Shown: positions 38,729 to 48,888 of the stretch, one piece after another | Layout of the letters: the number at the start of each line of letters is the position of its first letter | How positions within the stretch are numbered: the stretch's first letter is position 1 | From: a virus | Lineage: Duplodnaviria; Caudoviricetes | Virus record (IMG/VR): IMGVR_UViG_3300034065_000151 | Span: 32,001 to 96,000 of that record | Length of the DNA: 64,000 nucleotides | Reading direction: 5' to 3' (one strand) | Program-made: the position numbers and the translations under genes | Notes under the pieces: generated by a model | Told to the model about the DNA's origin: nothing | Seen by the model: the letters and a program-made list of their open reading frames with translations, nothing else | The model's database searches: none

Positions 38729-39055
38729 TTATGCTTGTAATGCGTCCAATTCATCTTCAACGGCAGCTTTATCAGCACGTAATTCTTTAATTTTTTCTTT
38801 GTCTTTGTCTGCCTTAGCTTGAACTAAGTCAGCTTCGATTTTGTCGAGTTTCTTTTGAAGTTTTTTAGCAGGATCTTTCTTGCCTTCTTCAATAGCTTCG
38901 ATTTCTTCAGCTGTAAGTTCTTCAGTTGCAGGTGTTGCAAAACCAGTAACATCTTTCATCTTTGCAGACAAATAGTTATGTAGGTCAAGAGTTGCTTCTT
39001 CTTGCTTGTCGTTGATCAAATTGTTCAACATGTTCTTAAGTGCGTCACGATCCAT
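38729..39055 (-). CDS. Small prohead core protein (gp67/68-like)
   Basis: Highly charged, in head cluster, late promoter upstream. Confidence 0.55.
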   Translation of the reverse strand: MDRDALKNMLNNLINDKQEEATLDLHNYLSAKMKDVTGFATPATEELTAEEIEAIEEGKKDPAKKLQKKLDKIEADLVQAKADKDKEKIKELRADKAAVEDELDALQA

Positions 39056-39085
39056 TTTGGTTCTCCTTGATTAATGGGGGTACTG

Positions 39086-39093
39086 TATTTATA
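39086..39093 (-). promoter_or_regulatory. Late promoter TATAAATA
   Basis: Exact motif upstream of the 39055 start. Confidence 0.7.
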
Positions 39094-39097
39094 GTAA

Positions 39098-39382
39098 TTA
39101 TTTTGCTGCTCTTAGTAATGCTTCATAAACCATCGATAACACCTCCGACATTTCTTCGGCAATATAACCTTTGGCTGCTACTTCACATGCACTGACCAAA
39201 CTCTTCCTAAGAAGGTCCGGTCTGTTTTTATATGATTTAACAACAGACTGTAGCATTGGTTGTAACTCTTTACCACGTCCATCTTCAATAGCAATTTCAA
39301 TAGCATCAATAAATTCCTGATTCATTTCTGCATCAGATTCTTTTTATTCTGTTAAAGTATTGAGTAGCTCTTTAACTAACAT
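39098..39382 (-). pseudogene. Putative internal head protein with in-frame TAA after its leader
   Basis: ATG at 39382 (TAATG overlap): MLVKELLNTLTE*KESDAEMNQEFIDA... Confidence 0.55.
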
Positions 39383-40164
39383 TATTTAACTTCTTCAACT
39401 AATGTGAATGATAACTTTTCAGCACCGGATCCACGAACCCAACTACCTTCATGTAAATAAAACCATGCACCTGATGTACCATCTTCTAAATCCTTAACAA
39501 CCATATATACTGAATGACCATAAGGAAGACCTTCATCTAAATCTTCTAATGCTTTTAAAGTTTTTACTTTTTTAGCAGCAAATACTTCAGCGATAGATTT
39601 AAACTTAATTGCACCTTCACCATATTTCTTATCAGTATCTGACCAACCAAGAATTTGATAGATGTCAGCACCTTGGTTATATTTGTTATATGATGCAAGA
39701 ACTGTCATGCCAGCTTCTAATCTATTACTTAATACTCTTTTAACAGCTTTGAATTTACGACCATCTGTCAAATCAAAAGTTTTTTCACCTGCTTTAAATG
39801 CTTTTACTAATTCTTTAGCATCTTTACTTTTCATACAACCTGATGAGAATTCGTGTGCTGCCGCCATCTCAGTTATTTTTTTTTTGATAACCTCAGTTGA
39901 TTCAGTCACACCAGCGCGATCGCTAACACGTTTGATTTCAACTGCATCATGTGGACCGCCTGCATTGAAATGGTCACCAACTTCAAGGGCATCAAGTTCT
40001 TCAATTTCATAGTCACTAAGTCCACAATCATCAGATGTGAACCATGTAAATGGATGAGTTGCAGATTTACCATCATGCTCACCATAACCATGTACCCAAG
40101 TTATTTTAAATTTCTTTTCGGTTTTTTCTTCAGAAAGAACCATTAATTCTTTAAGCAGTTTCAT
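39382..40164 (-). CDS. Putative internal head protein
   Basis: MKLLKELMVLSE leader; internal VTES and ITEM sites. Confidence 0.6.
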   Translation of the reverse strand: MKLLKELMVLSEEKTEKKFKITWVHGYGEHDGKSATHPFTWFTSDDCGLSDYEIEELDALEVGDHFNAGGPHDAVEIKRVSDRAGVTESTEVIKKKITEMAAAHEFSSGCMKSKDAKELVKAFKAGEKTFDLTDGRKFKAVKRVLSNRLEAGMTVLASYNKYNQGADIYQILGWSDTDKKYGEGAIKFKSIAEVFAAKKVKTLKALEDLDEGLPYGHSVYMVVKDLEDGTSGAWFYLHEGSWVRGSGAEKLSFTLVEEVK

Positions 40165-40166
40165 GA

Positions 40167-41012
40167 TTACTTACCTTTGAAAACATCAGCACGGATACCA
40201 CGTTTTTTCATTTCAGCTTCTACTTTTTTCTTAGCATCACTAGTGCCTTGTGATGAAGTACTTGAAATTTTGCTAAACATTCTGTGGATTTCTGCATCTG
40301 ACAATAATGAATATTCGCCTTTGTAACCTTCTTCAACTGGTTCTTCTTTAGGTTCTTCTTTAGGTTCTTTTTCAGCTTTAGGTTCTTTACCTTCGCTGCC
40401 TTCTTCTTTTTGTTTCATACCGTCTTTAACACCGGCTTCATAAACTTTTAAAAGAAGTTCTTCGAGTTCTTCGACATCTTTACCTTCTTGCTTAGGATCA
40501 CCAATGCCAAATTTCTTAGCAACAGCTTTTGCAAGTTTTTTAACTACTTTAGGAAGATCGTCTTCTTCTTCTTCGTTATTTTTTTTCTTTTTACCATCTT
40601 TATCAGCATTATCGCCTTCGCCTTTATCGGCTGCGGCTTCTTGCTCTTCTGGTGTTGGATCACCATCAGCTGCATCTTCAGTAAGTGGTTTTGCTGGGAT
40701 ACCAGACATCTTACGAAGGGCTGCTAATGCAGATTCTTTAACTTCATAATGCTTCTTAAGCAATTCTTTTGCATTGTCTAAACGAGCTTTATCTTTTTCA
40801 TCCATATTTTTACCTTGACGGTTAATATAGAAGTTCAAACTTGATGAGGCAGCTTTGTGATCTTTGTGAGCAGCAACTAAACCTTTAACGATAGCAGCAG
40901 CAGGTTTTTCAAAAAACCCTTCTGGTGCTTCCCATTTTGTTTCAACTTTTGCAGACCATTTCTTAGCTTCAGTTAAACCAGCTAATTCTTTTAGGCGGAG
41001 ATTATCAGTCAT
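40167..41012 (-). CDS. Putative prohead core / internal protein
   Basis: LKELAGLTE, ALRKMSGI, many (L/V)xE sites; very charged. Confidence 0.6.
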   Translation of the reverse strand: MTDNLRLKELAGLTEAKKWSAKVETKWEAPEGFFEKPAAAIVKGLVAAHKDHKAASSSLNFYINRQGKNMDEKDKARLDNAKELLKKHYEVKESALAALRKMSGIPAKPLTEDAADGDPTPEEQEAAADKGEGDNADKDGKKKKNNEEEEDDLPKVVKKLAKAVAKKFGIGDPKQEGKDVEELEELLLKVYEAGVKDGMKQKEEGSEGKEPKAEKEPKEEPKEEPVEEGYKGEYSLLSDAEIHRMFSKISSTSSQGTSDAKKKVEAEMKKRGIRADVFKGK

Positions 41013-41022
41013 TTTTGTTTCC

Positions 41023-41508
41023 TTATTTGTGGGATTTAAAGTAATTTAATTTTTTAAGTATTTCATTAATAGAATTACTTATTTCCTGCGATACTACTTT
41101 TGCGCCATGAGTTTCAGATGTATTCATGAAACCTTTCCATGACGGATTTTCTAATACACGTTTTGTTGCTGTTAAGCCATCAATTGCTTCTTGACGAAGG
41201 GCTTGAAAGTCTGCATCACTATTTGATCCAACACCTTCAGTTGCTTCATTAACTTCTACTGATTCGGACATTTCCCATGATTCTTTAGAAGCAAGGAATT
41301 TCCAAGCTTGTTGGAAACTAATACCTTCTGGACGTTCACCATCAGATAAGTATTTTTTAACTAATCCTTGGGCTTTACCTTTTGTACCAACTCCACCAGA
41401 AAATTCTTTAAATTTAGCTATTAACACTTTTTTCTCTTTAGAAGAAAGCGGTCTTAAACCCATAGGATCGGGTTTTTTGCCAAAGCCAAAGATTTCATTT
41501 ATTAACAT
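41023..41508 (-). CDS. Putative internal head protein
   Basis: MLINE, MSES, VNEA sites; follows the protease. Confidence 0.55.
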   Translation of the reverse strand: MLINEIFGFGKKPDPMGLRPLSSKEKKVLIAKFKEFSGGVGTKGKAQGLVKKYLSDGERPEGISFQQAWKFLASKESWEMSESVEVNEATEGVGSNSDADFQALRQEAIDGLTATKRVLENPSWKGFMNTSETHGAKVVSQEISNSINEILKKLNYFKSHK

Positions 41509-41510
41509 AA

Positions 41511-42125
41511 TTATTTCTTAGTAATTGATTCGATAAATTTACGAACTTCAGCGGCGAAATACTTCTGTGCTTTTGGATCATTCTGAACTGCTTCTGCTAA
41601 TGTCAAAATACGAGTATGTTCTTTTGCTTCACGAACTGCATCTGGATAGCAACCAGGACCTGAAGGTTGTGATACAATATCCAAAGCGATAAAACTAAAG
41701 TCTTCAACGATACCATCATTGTTAACATTACCAGTACCACGTGATGAAACACCAAGCTTCATACCACCTTCGATTAATTGCTGAACAATCAAACCAGATG
41801 GTGTATTGAAGATTTTACATTTACCAACAGCATTATTACCATCCATCCAAGCTTCAGTAATAATGTGAGAAACGTTCTTAAGATCAACTGATAAATTGTC
41901 TGGGTGATTCAACTCACCAGGACATGAAATACCTTCTTTAATCTGTTGATTGATATGAGCAACCGCATTAGCGATTTCTTTTAAAGGGTACTTACGTTTA
42001 TTCAGATTTTCTTGTTCTGCCGCCATCATGCGACCAGAAAGATATAGGTTCTTACCTGAATCATGTGACTCTACAAGTTGAGCTTGTGCAGGAGTATAAT
42101 GTTCAATAAGCAATTGTGATTTCAT
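41511..42125 (-). CDS. gp21: Prohead protease
   Basis: NLNKRKYP, GELNHP, VSH, TPSG, LGVSSRGTG, LDIVSQPS. Confidence 0.95.
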   Translation of the reverse strand: MKSQLLIEHYTPAQAQLVESHDSGKNLYLSGRMMAAEQENLNKRKYPLKEIANAVAHINQQIKEGISCPGELNHPDNLSVDLKNVSHIITEAWMDGNNAVGKCKIFNTPSGLIVQQLIEGGMKLGVSSRGTGNVNNDGIVEDFSFIALDIVSQPSGPGCYPDAVREAKEHTRILTLAEAVQNDPKAQKYFAAEVRKFIESITKK

Positions 42126-42209
42126 AGGTATATATTCCCATTAGAGTTAATAGTTTTACAAAGCTGTAACTAACACTTTATTTATTGATCTAATAGGAAT
42201 TGAATGAAT

Positions 42210-42251
42210 AAAATCAGTTTATATCCCATTTCTGACATATAAACTGATTTT
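42210..42251. terminator. 15-bp perfect inverted repeat after portal gene
   Basis: AAAATCAGTTTATAT-N12-ATATAAACTGATTTT. Confidence 0.6.
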
Positions 42252-42270
42252 TATTAACCACTTTTAACTA

Positions 42271-43908
42271 TTAGGCTTCTTCCGGAGCTGGTGTTGCTGG
42301 TGCTTTTTCTTCAGGTGAGGCCTCTTCTGGCTCTTCTTCTGCTCCAGCTGCTTCTGGTGGTTCTTCACCACCAGCAGGTCCTACTGTTTCCTTCTTGGTT
42401 TCCACATTTGGATCATAGAACTGACGGATTTCGTCAACTGATAAACCATCTTGGATACCACGTTCTTGTTTCAATAAGGCTTCATTCATCTGGATATCAT
42501 CTTTAGTCAAACCTAAATAACGTTCCATCATGAATCGTTTAGACAAATATGGTGTATCTTCGACAGCTTTAAATGATGCAATAAGTTCAGTATCCAATGC
42601 AGCCTGACGATACAAGGCAAAGTTCTGTGGTTCAGCAAGTGTAAGTTTGAATAGATCAGGATCAATATTGATACCTGTCACTTTAAGATATGCCTTGAAG
42701 TGCTCATCAAAGACTTCCTGGATACATGATTGCAATCTGATAACAAAGTTAGCAAAAATACGTTCTTCCATATATGCCACACCAGTCTTACCATCGTTAT
42801 ATGCAGAACCTGGATTAGTTGCATCCTGTCCTTTCATGTATGATGAAGGAACACGTAAAGCACGGAAAACTTTGTTAAGGAAATAATCTAATTCTGGGAT
42901 TTCCCAGGTAGTACCACCAGGTAAAGTTTCAACACGCGAACTTCTACCTGCTGCAGTTACTGGAAGGAATATATCTTCACCGATCGATTCAGCATTGTAT
43001 TGAGAATCTGTTTGGTTTTGATTAGCAGTGTTTGGCATACGCTTTTGACGCAAGTCGTTACGGATGGTTTCCAAATGCTGTTTAACACGATGTGGTGCCA
43101 TATTACCAACATCGATATAAAATACACGACGTTCTGGGGCACGAACAATACGATAGATAATCGCAGAGTCTTCCAACATGGTTAACTTTTGGTAATCTTT
43201 AAAAGCTGACTGTAATATGGAAAGACCAAATGGTGCAGTATCACTCATATCATCAGATAGAGTAAAGTGTAGCATCGCAATAGCTGGGGTAATTTCAACT
43301 GAATCAGAAGCTGATGCAGTTGCTGAACCTGGTTTCATTGCCTTAACAGAATCCATGAAACTTGATGGACGGATATGGTAAGCAACCTTTTCACCTTGGG
43401 CATTAATTTCAACACCAATTACTCGGGTTGGATCTACATATTCCCATTGTTCAGTATCAGAAGTCTTGCGAAAAAAGCAATCACCATACTTAACCATTTG
43501 ACGGGCAGTATTGTAAACACGTTTGTTAAGTTTGTGGAATCTTGACCAGTGGCGAAGTGCTGCTCTTAAGGTAGTAACAGTGGTATCAGGAATTTCTTGA
43601 TTTTCTTCGGTTTGATAATCAATGATAAATGGTAGGCTTGTACGTTTATCAGGATTTGAAATTTCTTCAGCAATAATATCAAGGGCACGTGAGATATCAC
43701 CAATGTCCATGGCATCATATTGTTTATAGCGTTGAAGACGGGCAGTAGCACCTTTTAATAGATTTGAAAACCAAGCAACAGTAGAGAATGATGAATACCC
43801 TGCTGAGTTGATATTCATACCATCATCCATGTTAATGGTAGGTTGTGAATACGCTGTCTTACGAGATGCTGGAGTTATAATTTTCCAGTAATTTTCCCAT
43901 TGAGCCAT
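42271..43908 (-). CDS. gp20: Portal protein
   Basis: LEDSAIIYRIVRAPERRVFYIDVGNM, EDIFLP, VETLPGG, ALRVPSS. Confidence 0.97.
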   Translation of the reverse strand: MAQWENYWKIITPASRKTAYSQPTINMDDGMNINSAGYSSFSTVAWFSNLLKGATARLQRYKQYDAMDIGDISRALDIIAEEISNPDKRTSLPFIIDYQTEENQEIPDTTVTTLRAALRHWSRFHKLNKRVYNTARQMVKYGDCFFRKTSDTEQWEYVDPTRVIGVEINAQGEKVAYHIRPSSFMDSVKAMKPGSATASASDSVEITPAIAMLHFTLSDDMSDTAPFGLSILQSAFKDYQKLTMLEDSAIIYRIVRAPERRVFYIDVGNMAPHRVKQHLETIRNDLRQKRMPNTANQNQTDSQYNAESIGEDIFLPVTAAGRSSRVETLPGGTTWEIPELDYFLNKVFRALRVPSSYMKGQDATNPGSAYNDGKTGVAYMEERIFANFVIRLQSCIQEVFDEHFKAYLKVTGINIDPDLFKLTLAEPQNFALYRQAALDTELIASFKAVEDTPYLSKRFMMERYLGLTKDDIQMNEALLKQERGIQDGLSVDEIRQFYDPNVETKKETVGPAGGEEPPEAAGAEEEPEEASPEEKAPATPAPEEA

Positions 43909-43939
43909 TGTTTATATCTTTATAAAATATGTAATACTA

Positions 43940-43968
43940 TATTTATAAAACCCCAGAAGGGGTTTTAT
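43940..43968 (-). promoter_or_regulatory. Late promoter TATAAATA (43940-43947) overlapping a terminator hairpin
   Basis: ATAAAACCCC-AGAA-GGGGTTTTAT hairpin whose arm overlaps the motif. Confidence 0.65.
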
Positions 43969-43974
43969 CAGCAA

Positions 43975-44562
43975 TTAGCTTAACTGTTTCTTTAGGGAAG
44001 CTAAACGTTTGTCGTAGCCTTTACCCCAAGATTTGATATAGGATAGGAATTTTGCCCCAAGAGATTTAAGTGTATCAAGGACACCTTCTTCAACTTTAGA
44101 TTTGAAGGTTAACTTAGGAACTGTATCGGTAGGTGGAACAATAGTTGTATATTTCTTAGTGATTTCCTTGAGCTTTTCAGTAAGTTCAGGAACCATTTCT
44201 TCTAATTCTTTGACAATCTTTTCATAGTCAATAACAATCTTATCTGGTTTTCCTTCTTTCTTTTCAGATTTAGATAAGGTAAGTGTATAGGAAACTGTCT
44301 CAATAACACGAGTTAAGACTTGATCTTCAGCATCAAAAAGAGCAAGGATTTTATCTTTCATTTGAGCATTAACTTCTTCACGGCACTTTGCCAAGATCTT
44401 AGCCTGCTCATCAAGGATTTCATATTTTGTTGACAATTTGGTAAACATACCAGATTGGTTACCTTCTAATTCAATAGTAACTCTATCCAAAACGTTCTTT
44501 ACACGTTTTTCAGTATATTTTAAGTCTGGTGATCTTGCTTCAAATAGTTCTGCTACTTTCAT
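43975..44562 (-). CDS. Putative internal head protein
   Basis: MKVAELFE leader, VEEG site; late promoter at 44593-44600. Confidence 0.55.
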   Translation of the reverse strand: MKVAELFEARSPDLKYTEKRVKNVLDRVTIELEGNQSGMFTKLSTKYEILDEQAKILAKCREEVNAQMKDKILALFDAEDQVLTRVIETVSYTLTLSKSEKKEGKPDKIVIDYEKIVKELEEMVPELTEKLKEITKKYTTIVPPTDTVPKLTFKSKVEEGVLDTLKSLGAKFLSYIKSWGKGYDKRLASLKKQLS

Positions 44563-44605
44563 TATTACTCCGATAAAGGTATTAAGTTTACTTATTTATA
44601 GTTTT

Positions 44606-44876
44606 TAAGACTCTTGATCTTCTAAAAATCGTTTATATTCACTATTATAAAATGGTTTTTGGCAATAGTTGCTTCACCTTTTGGCCATGGTTTTTTAAGA
44701 ATATCCAATGCATACATGTAAGCATATTCTGGGTCTTTGGCAAGGGCATCTTCACGCTTCTTTAATTCTTTTGGGTCATGACTATATTTGTTCCAAACAA
44801 TATCCGGTACAACTTCATCAGCTTGTTTATGACCATGAATTAAATGGGGATTTTTATGAAACTGATATAGATTCAT
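44606..44876 (-). CDS. Helical-repeat family protein, apparently frameshifted near its 3' end
   Basis: MNLYQFHKNP..IHG; family-like tail FYNSEYKRFLEDQES* lies in another frame after about 44655. Confidence 0.6.
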
Positions 44877-47692
44877 TACTTACTTCCCCCTTTGATATAG
44901 TTATTCACTGTACCAGGAGCTGGAGGTGTTCTATTAGAAACCTGTTCGGTTCCTGTATTCACAACCACCTGTTGCATTAATGATACTAACTGGATCATAT
45001 TGTCATTAATATCTGAAAGGTATTCATGGGCTTTAATATCTGTGGTTGTAGTTTGCCCTGCTGCTGTAACTGTTGCTTCATCAGGACCACTTAAAGCCCC
45101 TGCAGCTGCTTCACCACTGACATTACCTAATGCACTACCGCCCCAAGCACCAAGGCCCGCACCAATCAATCCACCAATAACTGTTCCTACTATCGGAACA
45201 ACAGAACCAAGTGCTGCACCAGCAGCCATACCACCCCAAGCACCAAGACCACCACCTAAAGCACCACCAAGTGCTCCACCTTTTGCTTTGTTTGCTTGTC
45301 TATGTGTAATCTCGCCAGATGCTTCTTTATCAGCGGCGGTTGAATAACCTTCATAACCTTCATATAAGGATCCTACTATAGCTAATGGAACTGCTGCTCG
45401 ACCAAGAACCTTCCCAGCCATACTACCAGCACCTTTTAATAATCCCAATGCTCCGGCACCTTTACTAGCAACTTGTGATGCTTCAGCAGCAATAACAGAT
45501 TCACCTGCCCCAGCAACTGCCCCACCACCTTTACCAAATAATCCTTTAATACCATTAACAATTCCACCACCTTTACCACCGAGACTTAATCCGGCAGCAC
45601 TGGCTTGCACCGCTAAACCAAGTAAAGCAACTGAAGCAGCACTTAAGCCACCTAAGAAACTATTACTCATAAATGATGATACTTTGTTAATTGCATCAGC
45701 AGCATCAGCAACCATTGCATTTGGTTGTGCTGCTTTTGCGGCTGCGGCTGCTTGCTCTGGTGTGTATCCTAAATTAGCACGAGCAGCTTTTTCAGTAACT
45801 GAACCTTGATCTTCTTGTGCACCATATGCACCTATCCCATGAAGATTAGATGTAAGCATTTCCATCATCTGAGTACCGGCAACATTCTGTCCTTGTGCAC
45901 CAATACTCTTTTGTGCGGCTATACCAACTTCACCTAATGTCTTATTAAGCCATGCGGAATCCGCTTGACTAGCATTACGACCTAATTGCATAATTTGCAT
46001 TGCTCGCATTGAGTCAGCTGGACTCCGTCCCTGCATCTGCATTTGCATAGCAACTTTAGCAGCTGATTCATTACGGGATTTAACATCCATATGTTTAGCA
46101 GCTTCTTGGGTTTTGATCATTTCTTGAGCTTGCTCAATACTGATACCCTTCATGACTAAATCTTCACGTTGGGCTTTCAATCCCTCAAAATACATTCCGG
46201 CTTGTTCTTTACCCAAGCCCATCATTGTGTTTGTTATATCTTGATTGGATAATAAATCACCATTCAATTTAATAAATTCTGTTGCTGTAATTCCAAGGAT
46301 ACCTTGTAACTTCTGAAATCCGGTCATTGACTTACTTACATAATCATTTAACTTAGATTGGTTCTGTACATCAACACCTGCTGATGCTGCTTCTGCAATA
46401 GCAGGACCAATCATACTAGCTGACTGTGCAGCAGTAAATCCAAAATGTTTAAATGTAGAACCTAATTGATTTGTTAATTGTGAAAATCCTGCGGCACCAT
46501 ACAATGCCATTGTCTGTTGGTTTTCTTTTAAGAACTTTGTGGTTTCTTCAAAAGACATACCCATTGCAATAGCTTGGCTTTTAACCTGCATAAAGGAAGC
46601 AGGAATATGCTGGACATTAAAGTCACCAATTTCTTTAGCAGCAACTATAGCAACTTCTTTAACCTTACTAAGGGCGGCAAGGACGGCAGCAGTTTCACCA
46701 GCAGCCATTAATTTGTCTTGTAAAGAAGAACCAGTAATAGCACGACCAGCTTTATTAAATATAGAATCAGTCGCACCATGGGCCACCTTATCTAAACCAA
46801 GCGCTGCATTATCTGCATCTGTAGAAAGTTTACCTAAAGCTGTTCCTAATTGAATATCACTAATTCTGGCAAGTTTCTTTAAACCATCAGCAGTTACTTC
46901 ACCATTTTTAGTTATGCCTTCAAATGATTCACCAAGATCAAAACCAGCTGCTGATAATTGAAGTAAAGCATTACGTTGACCTTCAGGAGTTTTACCACTT
47001 TCGGAGATGATACCTTGAGCTTCACCTAATTTCATTCTTAATTTAGAGAAGTCTTCCGGAGATAGATTTCTACGAAGTTCACCAGTATATTTGTCCATCA
47101 ATCCAGTACTTGACAGGATACTCTTATTATTCTGTGTCAATCCTTTAACAGAATTACTAAGTTGACTGATATAATCTTTATAGTGAGCTGAACCCTTTTC
47201 AAAACCTTTATGAGTTTCTAAAAGAGATGCACTAAGTAATGAGGAGTTACGTTGTGTTTGTGTTAATGTATCTTGGAAATTACCGGTTGCTTTTGTTAAT
47301 TCTTTAAGGGCAACTGACTGGCCATGGAAGCCTAATCTGGATAATTTATTGATTTCTTCACCAAGAGAATCATAATATTCAGTAGATTTTTTGATAGTTT
47401 TATTATATTCTACTAATGTGTCTTGACCATCTTGTGTTTCTTTGATCTGCTTATCAGTCATATTACTAAGTTTTTTAGACTTTTCATTCAACTCTTTCAT
47501 GATCTTAGCATGAGCAGATACCTGAACAAATAGCTCATCTTGAGCTTTTGCCGAATCATTTCTGTTTCTGGCACCACCACCCCAAGCACTACTAGCACTA
47601 CTAGTATTACCACCCTTACCTGCCATAGCATCAGCAAAGGCTTTAGACATAGCCTTCGTTAGGTCATTAAAATCAGTCTTATCAAGTGCCAT
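44876..47692 (-). CDS. Putative tape measure protein
   Basis: 938 aa, Ala/Gln-rich helical body, Gly-rich hydrophobic C-region; divergent from baseplate hub genes. Confidence 0.65.
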   Translation of the reverse strand: MALDKTDFNDLTKAMSKAFADAMAGKGGNTSSASSAWGGGARNRNDSAKAQDELFVQVSAHAKIMKELNEKSKKLSNMTDKQIKETQDGQDTLVEYNKTIKKSTEYYDSLGEEINKLSRLGFHGQSVALKELTKATGNFQDTLTQTQRNSSLLSASLLETHKGFEKGSAHYKDYISQLSNSVKGLTQNNKSILSSTGLMDKYTGELRRNLSPEDFSKLRMKLGEAQGIISESGKTPEGQRNALLQLSAAGFDLGESFEGITKNGEVTADGLKKLARISDIQLGTALGKLSTDADNAALGLDKVAHGATDSIFNKAGRAITGSSLQDKLMAAGETAAVLAALSKVKEVAIVAAKEIGDFNVQHIPASFMQVKSQAIAMGMSFEETTKFLKENQQTMALYGAAGFSQLTNQLGSTFKHFGFTAAQSASMIGPAIAEAASAGVDVQNQSKLNDYVSKSMTGFQKLQGILGITATEFIKLNGDLLSNQDITNTMMGLGKEQAGMYFEGLKAQREDLVMKGISIEQAQEMIKTQEAAKHMDVKSRNESAAKVAMQMQMQGRSPADSMRAMQIMQLGRNASQADSAWLNKTLGEVGIAAQKSIGAQGQNVAGTQMMEMLTSNLHGIGAYGAQEDQGSVTEKAARANLGYTPEQAAAAAKAAQPNAMVADAADAINKVSSFMSNSFLGGLSAASVALLGLAVQASAAGLSLGGKGGGIVNGIKGLFGKGGGAVAGAGESVIAAEASQVASKGAGALGLLKGAGSMAGKVLGRAAVPLAIVGSLYEGYEGYSTAADKEASGEITHRQANKAKGGALGGALGGGLGAWGGMAAGAALGSVVPIVGTVIGGLIGAGLGAWGGSALGNVSGEAAAGALSGPDEATVTAAGQTTTTDIKAHEYLSDINDNMIQLVSLMQQVVVNTGTEQVSNRTPPAPGTVNNYIKGGSK

Positions 47693-47722
47693 AAAGGGTA
47701 ATTTCCTAAGTGTTTAGTTTGT

Positions 47723-47749
47723 TATAAATATAAGCATAATATATTTATT
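47723..47749. promoter_or_regulatory. Overlapping divergent late promoters
   Basis: TATAAATA on + (47723-47730) and AATAAATA on - (47742-47749). Confidence 0.6.
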
Positions 47750-47784
47750 GTTAAATCATATATCTAAAATATAGGAGTCTCCGC

Positions 47785-48570
47785 ATGTCAGAAACCAATC
47801 CCCTCATTGCCAATCTTAAACTTCCAGGTCGAATCTTTCAGCTTCCATCTCGTGGTGAATTCTATAAGAATGGTGAACTATCAGCTGATGTCAGAGATGG
47901 TGAAATTCATATTCACCCAATGGCCGCACTTGATGAAATTAACATGAAAAACCCTGATCAATTGTTCTCTGGTGCTGCAGTTAATACAGTATTCAAACAA
48001 TGTATCTCAGGTATTGAAAAGCCAGCAGAACTATTATCTAAAGATGTTGATGCCATTATGATGTACCTTCGGGTAGTTACCTATGGTCCAACCTATGAAT
48101 TCAATGCTCGTCACTTCTGTGAAGGCGGTAAAGAACACTCATATATCGCTGATATCGATACAATGATTAATACTATGACAATTATTGATCCGACAACTAT
48201 TGAAGATAATTATACTGTTACTTTACAGAATGGTCAAGTTGTAAAATTACAACCAAATAAGTATCAACAGGTTTTGGATTTGATTAAACTGAATAGTAAT
48301 AAAACAGAGATAACTGCAGAAGATCAGCAGAAGAATTTGATTATGATGATGATGGGTGTTATCAAGTCAGTTGACGATATTACTGATATCGTAAAGATTG
48401 AAGAATGGACAAAGAAAATACCTTCACCAATGGTGAATCGTATTGCTAAGAAAGTAGAGAATGTGAATAGTTGGGGTCCAACATTGAAATGGACCTGTAA
48501 CTGTAAAGATTGTGGTAAGGATTTTGAAGTTGAAATCCCTATCAACCCAATATCTTTCTTCACCGAATAA
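47785..48570 (+). CDS. gp26: Baseplate hub subunit gp26-like
   Basis: LPSRGEFY, DVDAIM..LR..TYG, C..C Zn ligands, ends INPISFF. Confidence 0.8.
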   Translation: MSETNPLIANLKLPGRIFQLPSRGEFYKNGELSADVRDGEIHIHPMAALDEINMKNPDQLFSGAAVNTVFKQCISGIEKPAELLSKDVDAIMMYLRVVTYGPTYEFNARHFCEGGKEHSYIADIDTMINTMTIIDPTTIEDNYTVTLQNGQVVKLQPNKYQQVLDLIKLNSNKTEITAEDQQKNLIMMMMGVIKSVDDITDIVKIEEWTKKIPSPMVNRIAKKVENVNSWGPTLKWTCNCKDCGKDFEVEIPINPISFFTE

Positions 48571-48584
48571 TAAACATTGGGGAT

Positions 48585-48791
48585 ATGCCAGCGGTTAATA
48601 AGTTGATTAAACGCTTAGGTAATGAAGTTAAGAATATAGTTAAGTCCGCCCTTGAAATTTCATACTTTTCAAGAGGAGCTTGGGGATATCATGAAGTGCT
48701 GATGATGTCTCAGGGGGAAAGGGAATTGGCAGTTGACTTTATTAACGAACGACTTAAAATAGCTTCTACCTCGCACTTCCCAGTTTATTGA
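48585..48791 (+). CDS. Baseplate hub assembly protein gp51-like
   Basis: Small ORF after gp26: YFSRG.W.Y.E...MS..ER. Confidence 0.6.
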   Translation: MPAVNKLIKRLGNEVKNIVKSALEISYFSRGAWGYHEVLMMSQGERELAVDFINERLKIASTSHFPVY

Positions 48792-48858
48792 TCCCAGGAA
48801 TTCAAGCCAACTTATAATGGGAAGTTTAGCGTGCTTAAGCTGTTTAAAATTAAGTTTT

Positions 48859-48888
48859 AAAAAAGGACCTTCAATAGGTCCTTTTTTT
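48859..48888. terminator. Bidirectional terminator
   Basis: AAAAAAGGACCT-TCAAT-AGGTCCTTTTTT between convergent genes. Confidence 0.8.

Noticed and set aside
8771-39346. Stop-codon reassignment suggested by two in-frame TAA codons
   Set aside because: TAA ends most core genes (capsid, sheath, tube, gp32) at the expected positions and no long genes are fragmented; point lesions or errors suffice
45000-46853. Plus-strand ORFs 45000..45347 and 46539..46853 and similar antisense or alternate-frame ORFs in the track
   Set aside because: Shadows of long genuine genes, without RBS or motifs
48560-48600. Programmed frameshift or readthrough between gp26 and the next ORF
   Set aside because: Double TAA TAA stop, no slippery site, and the next ORF has its own start
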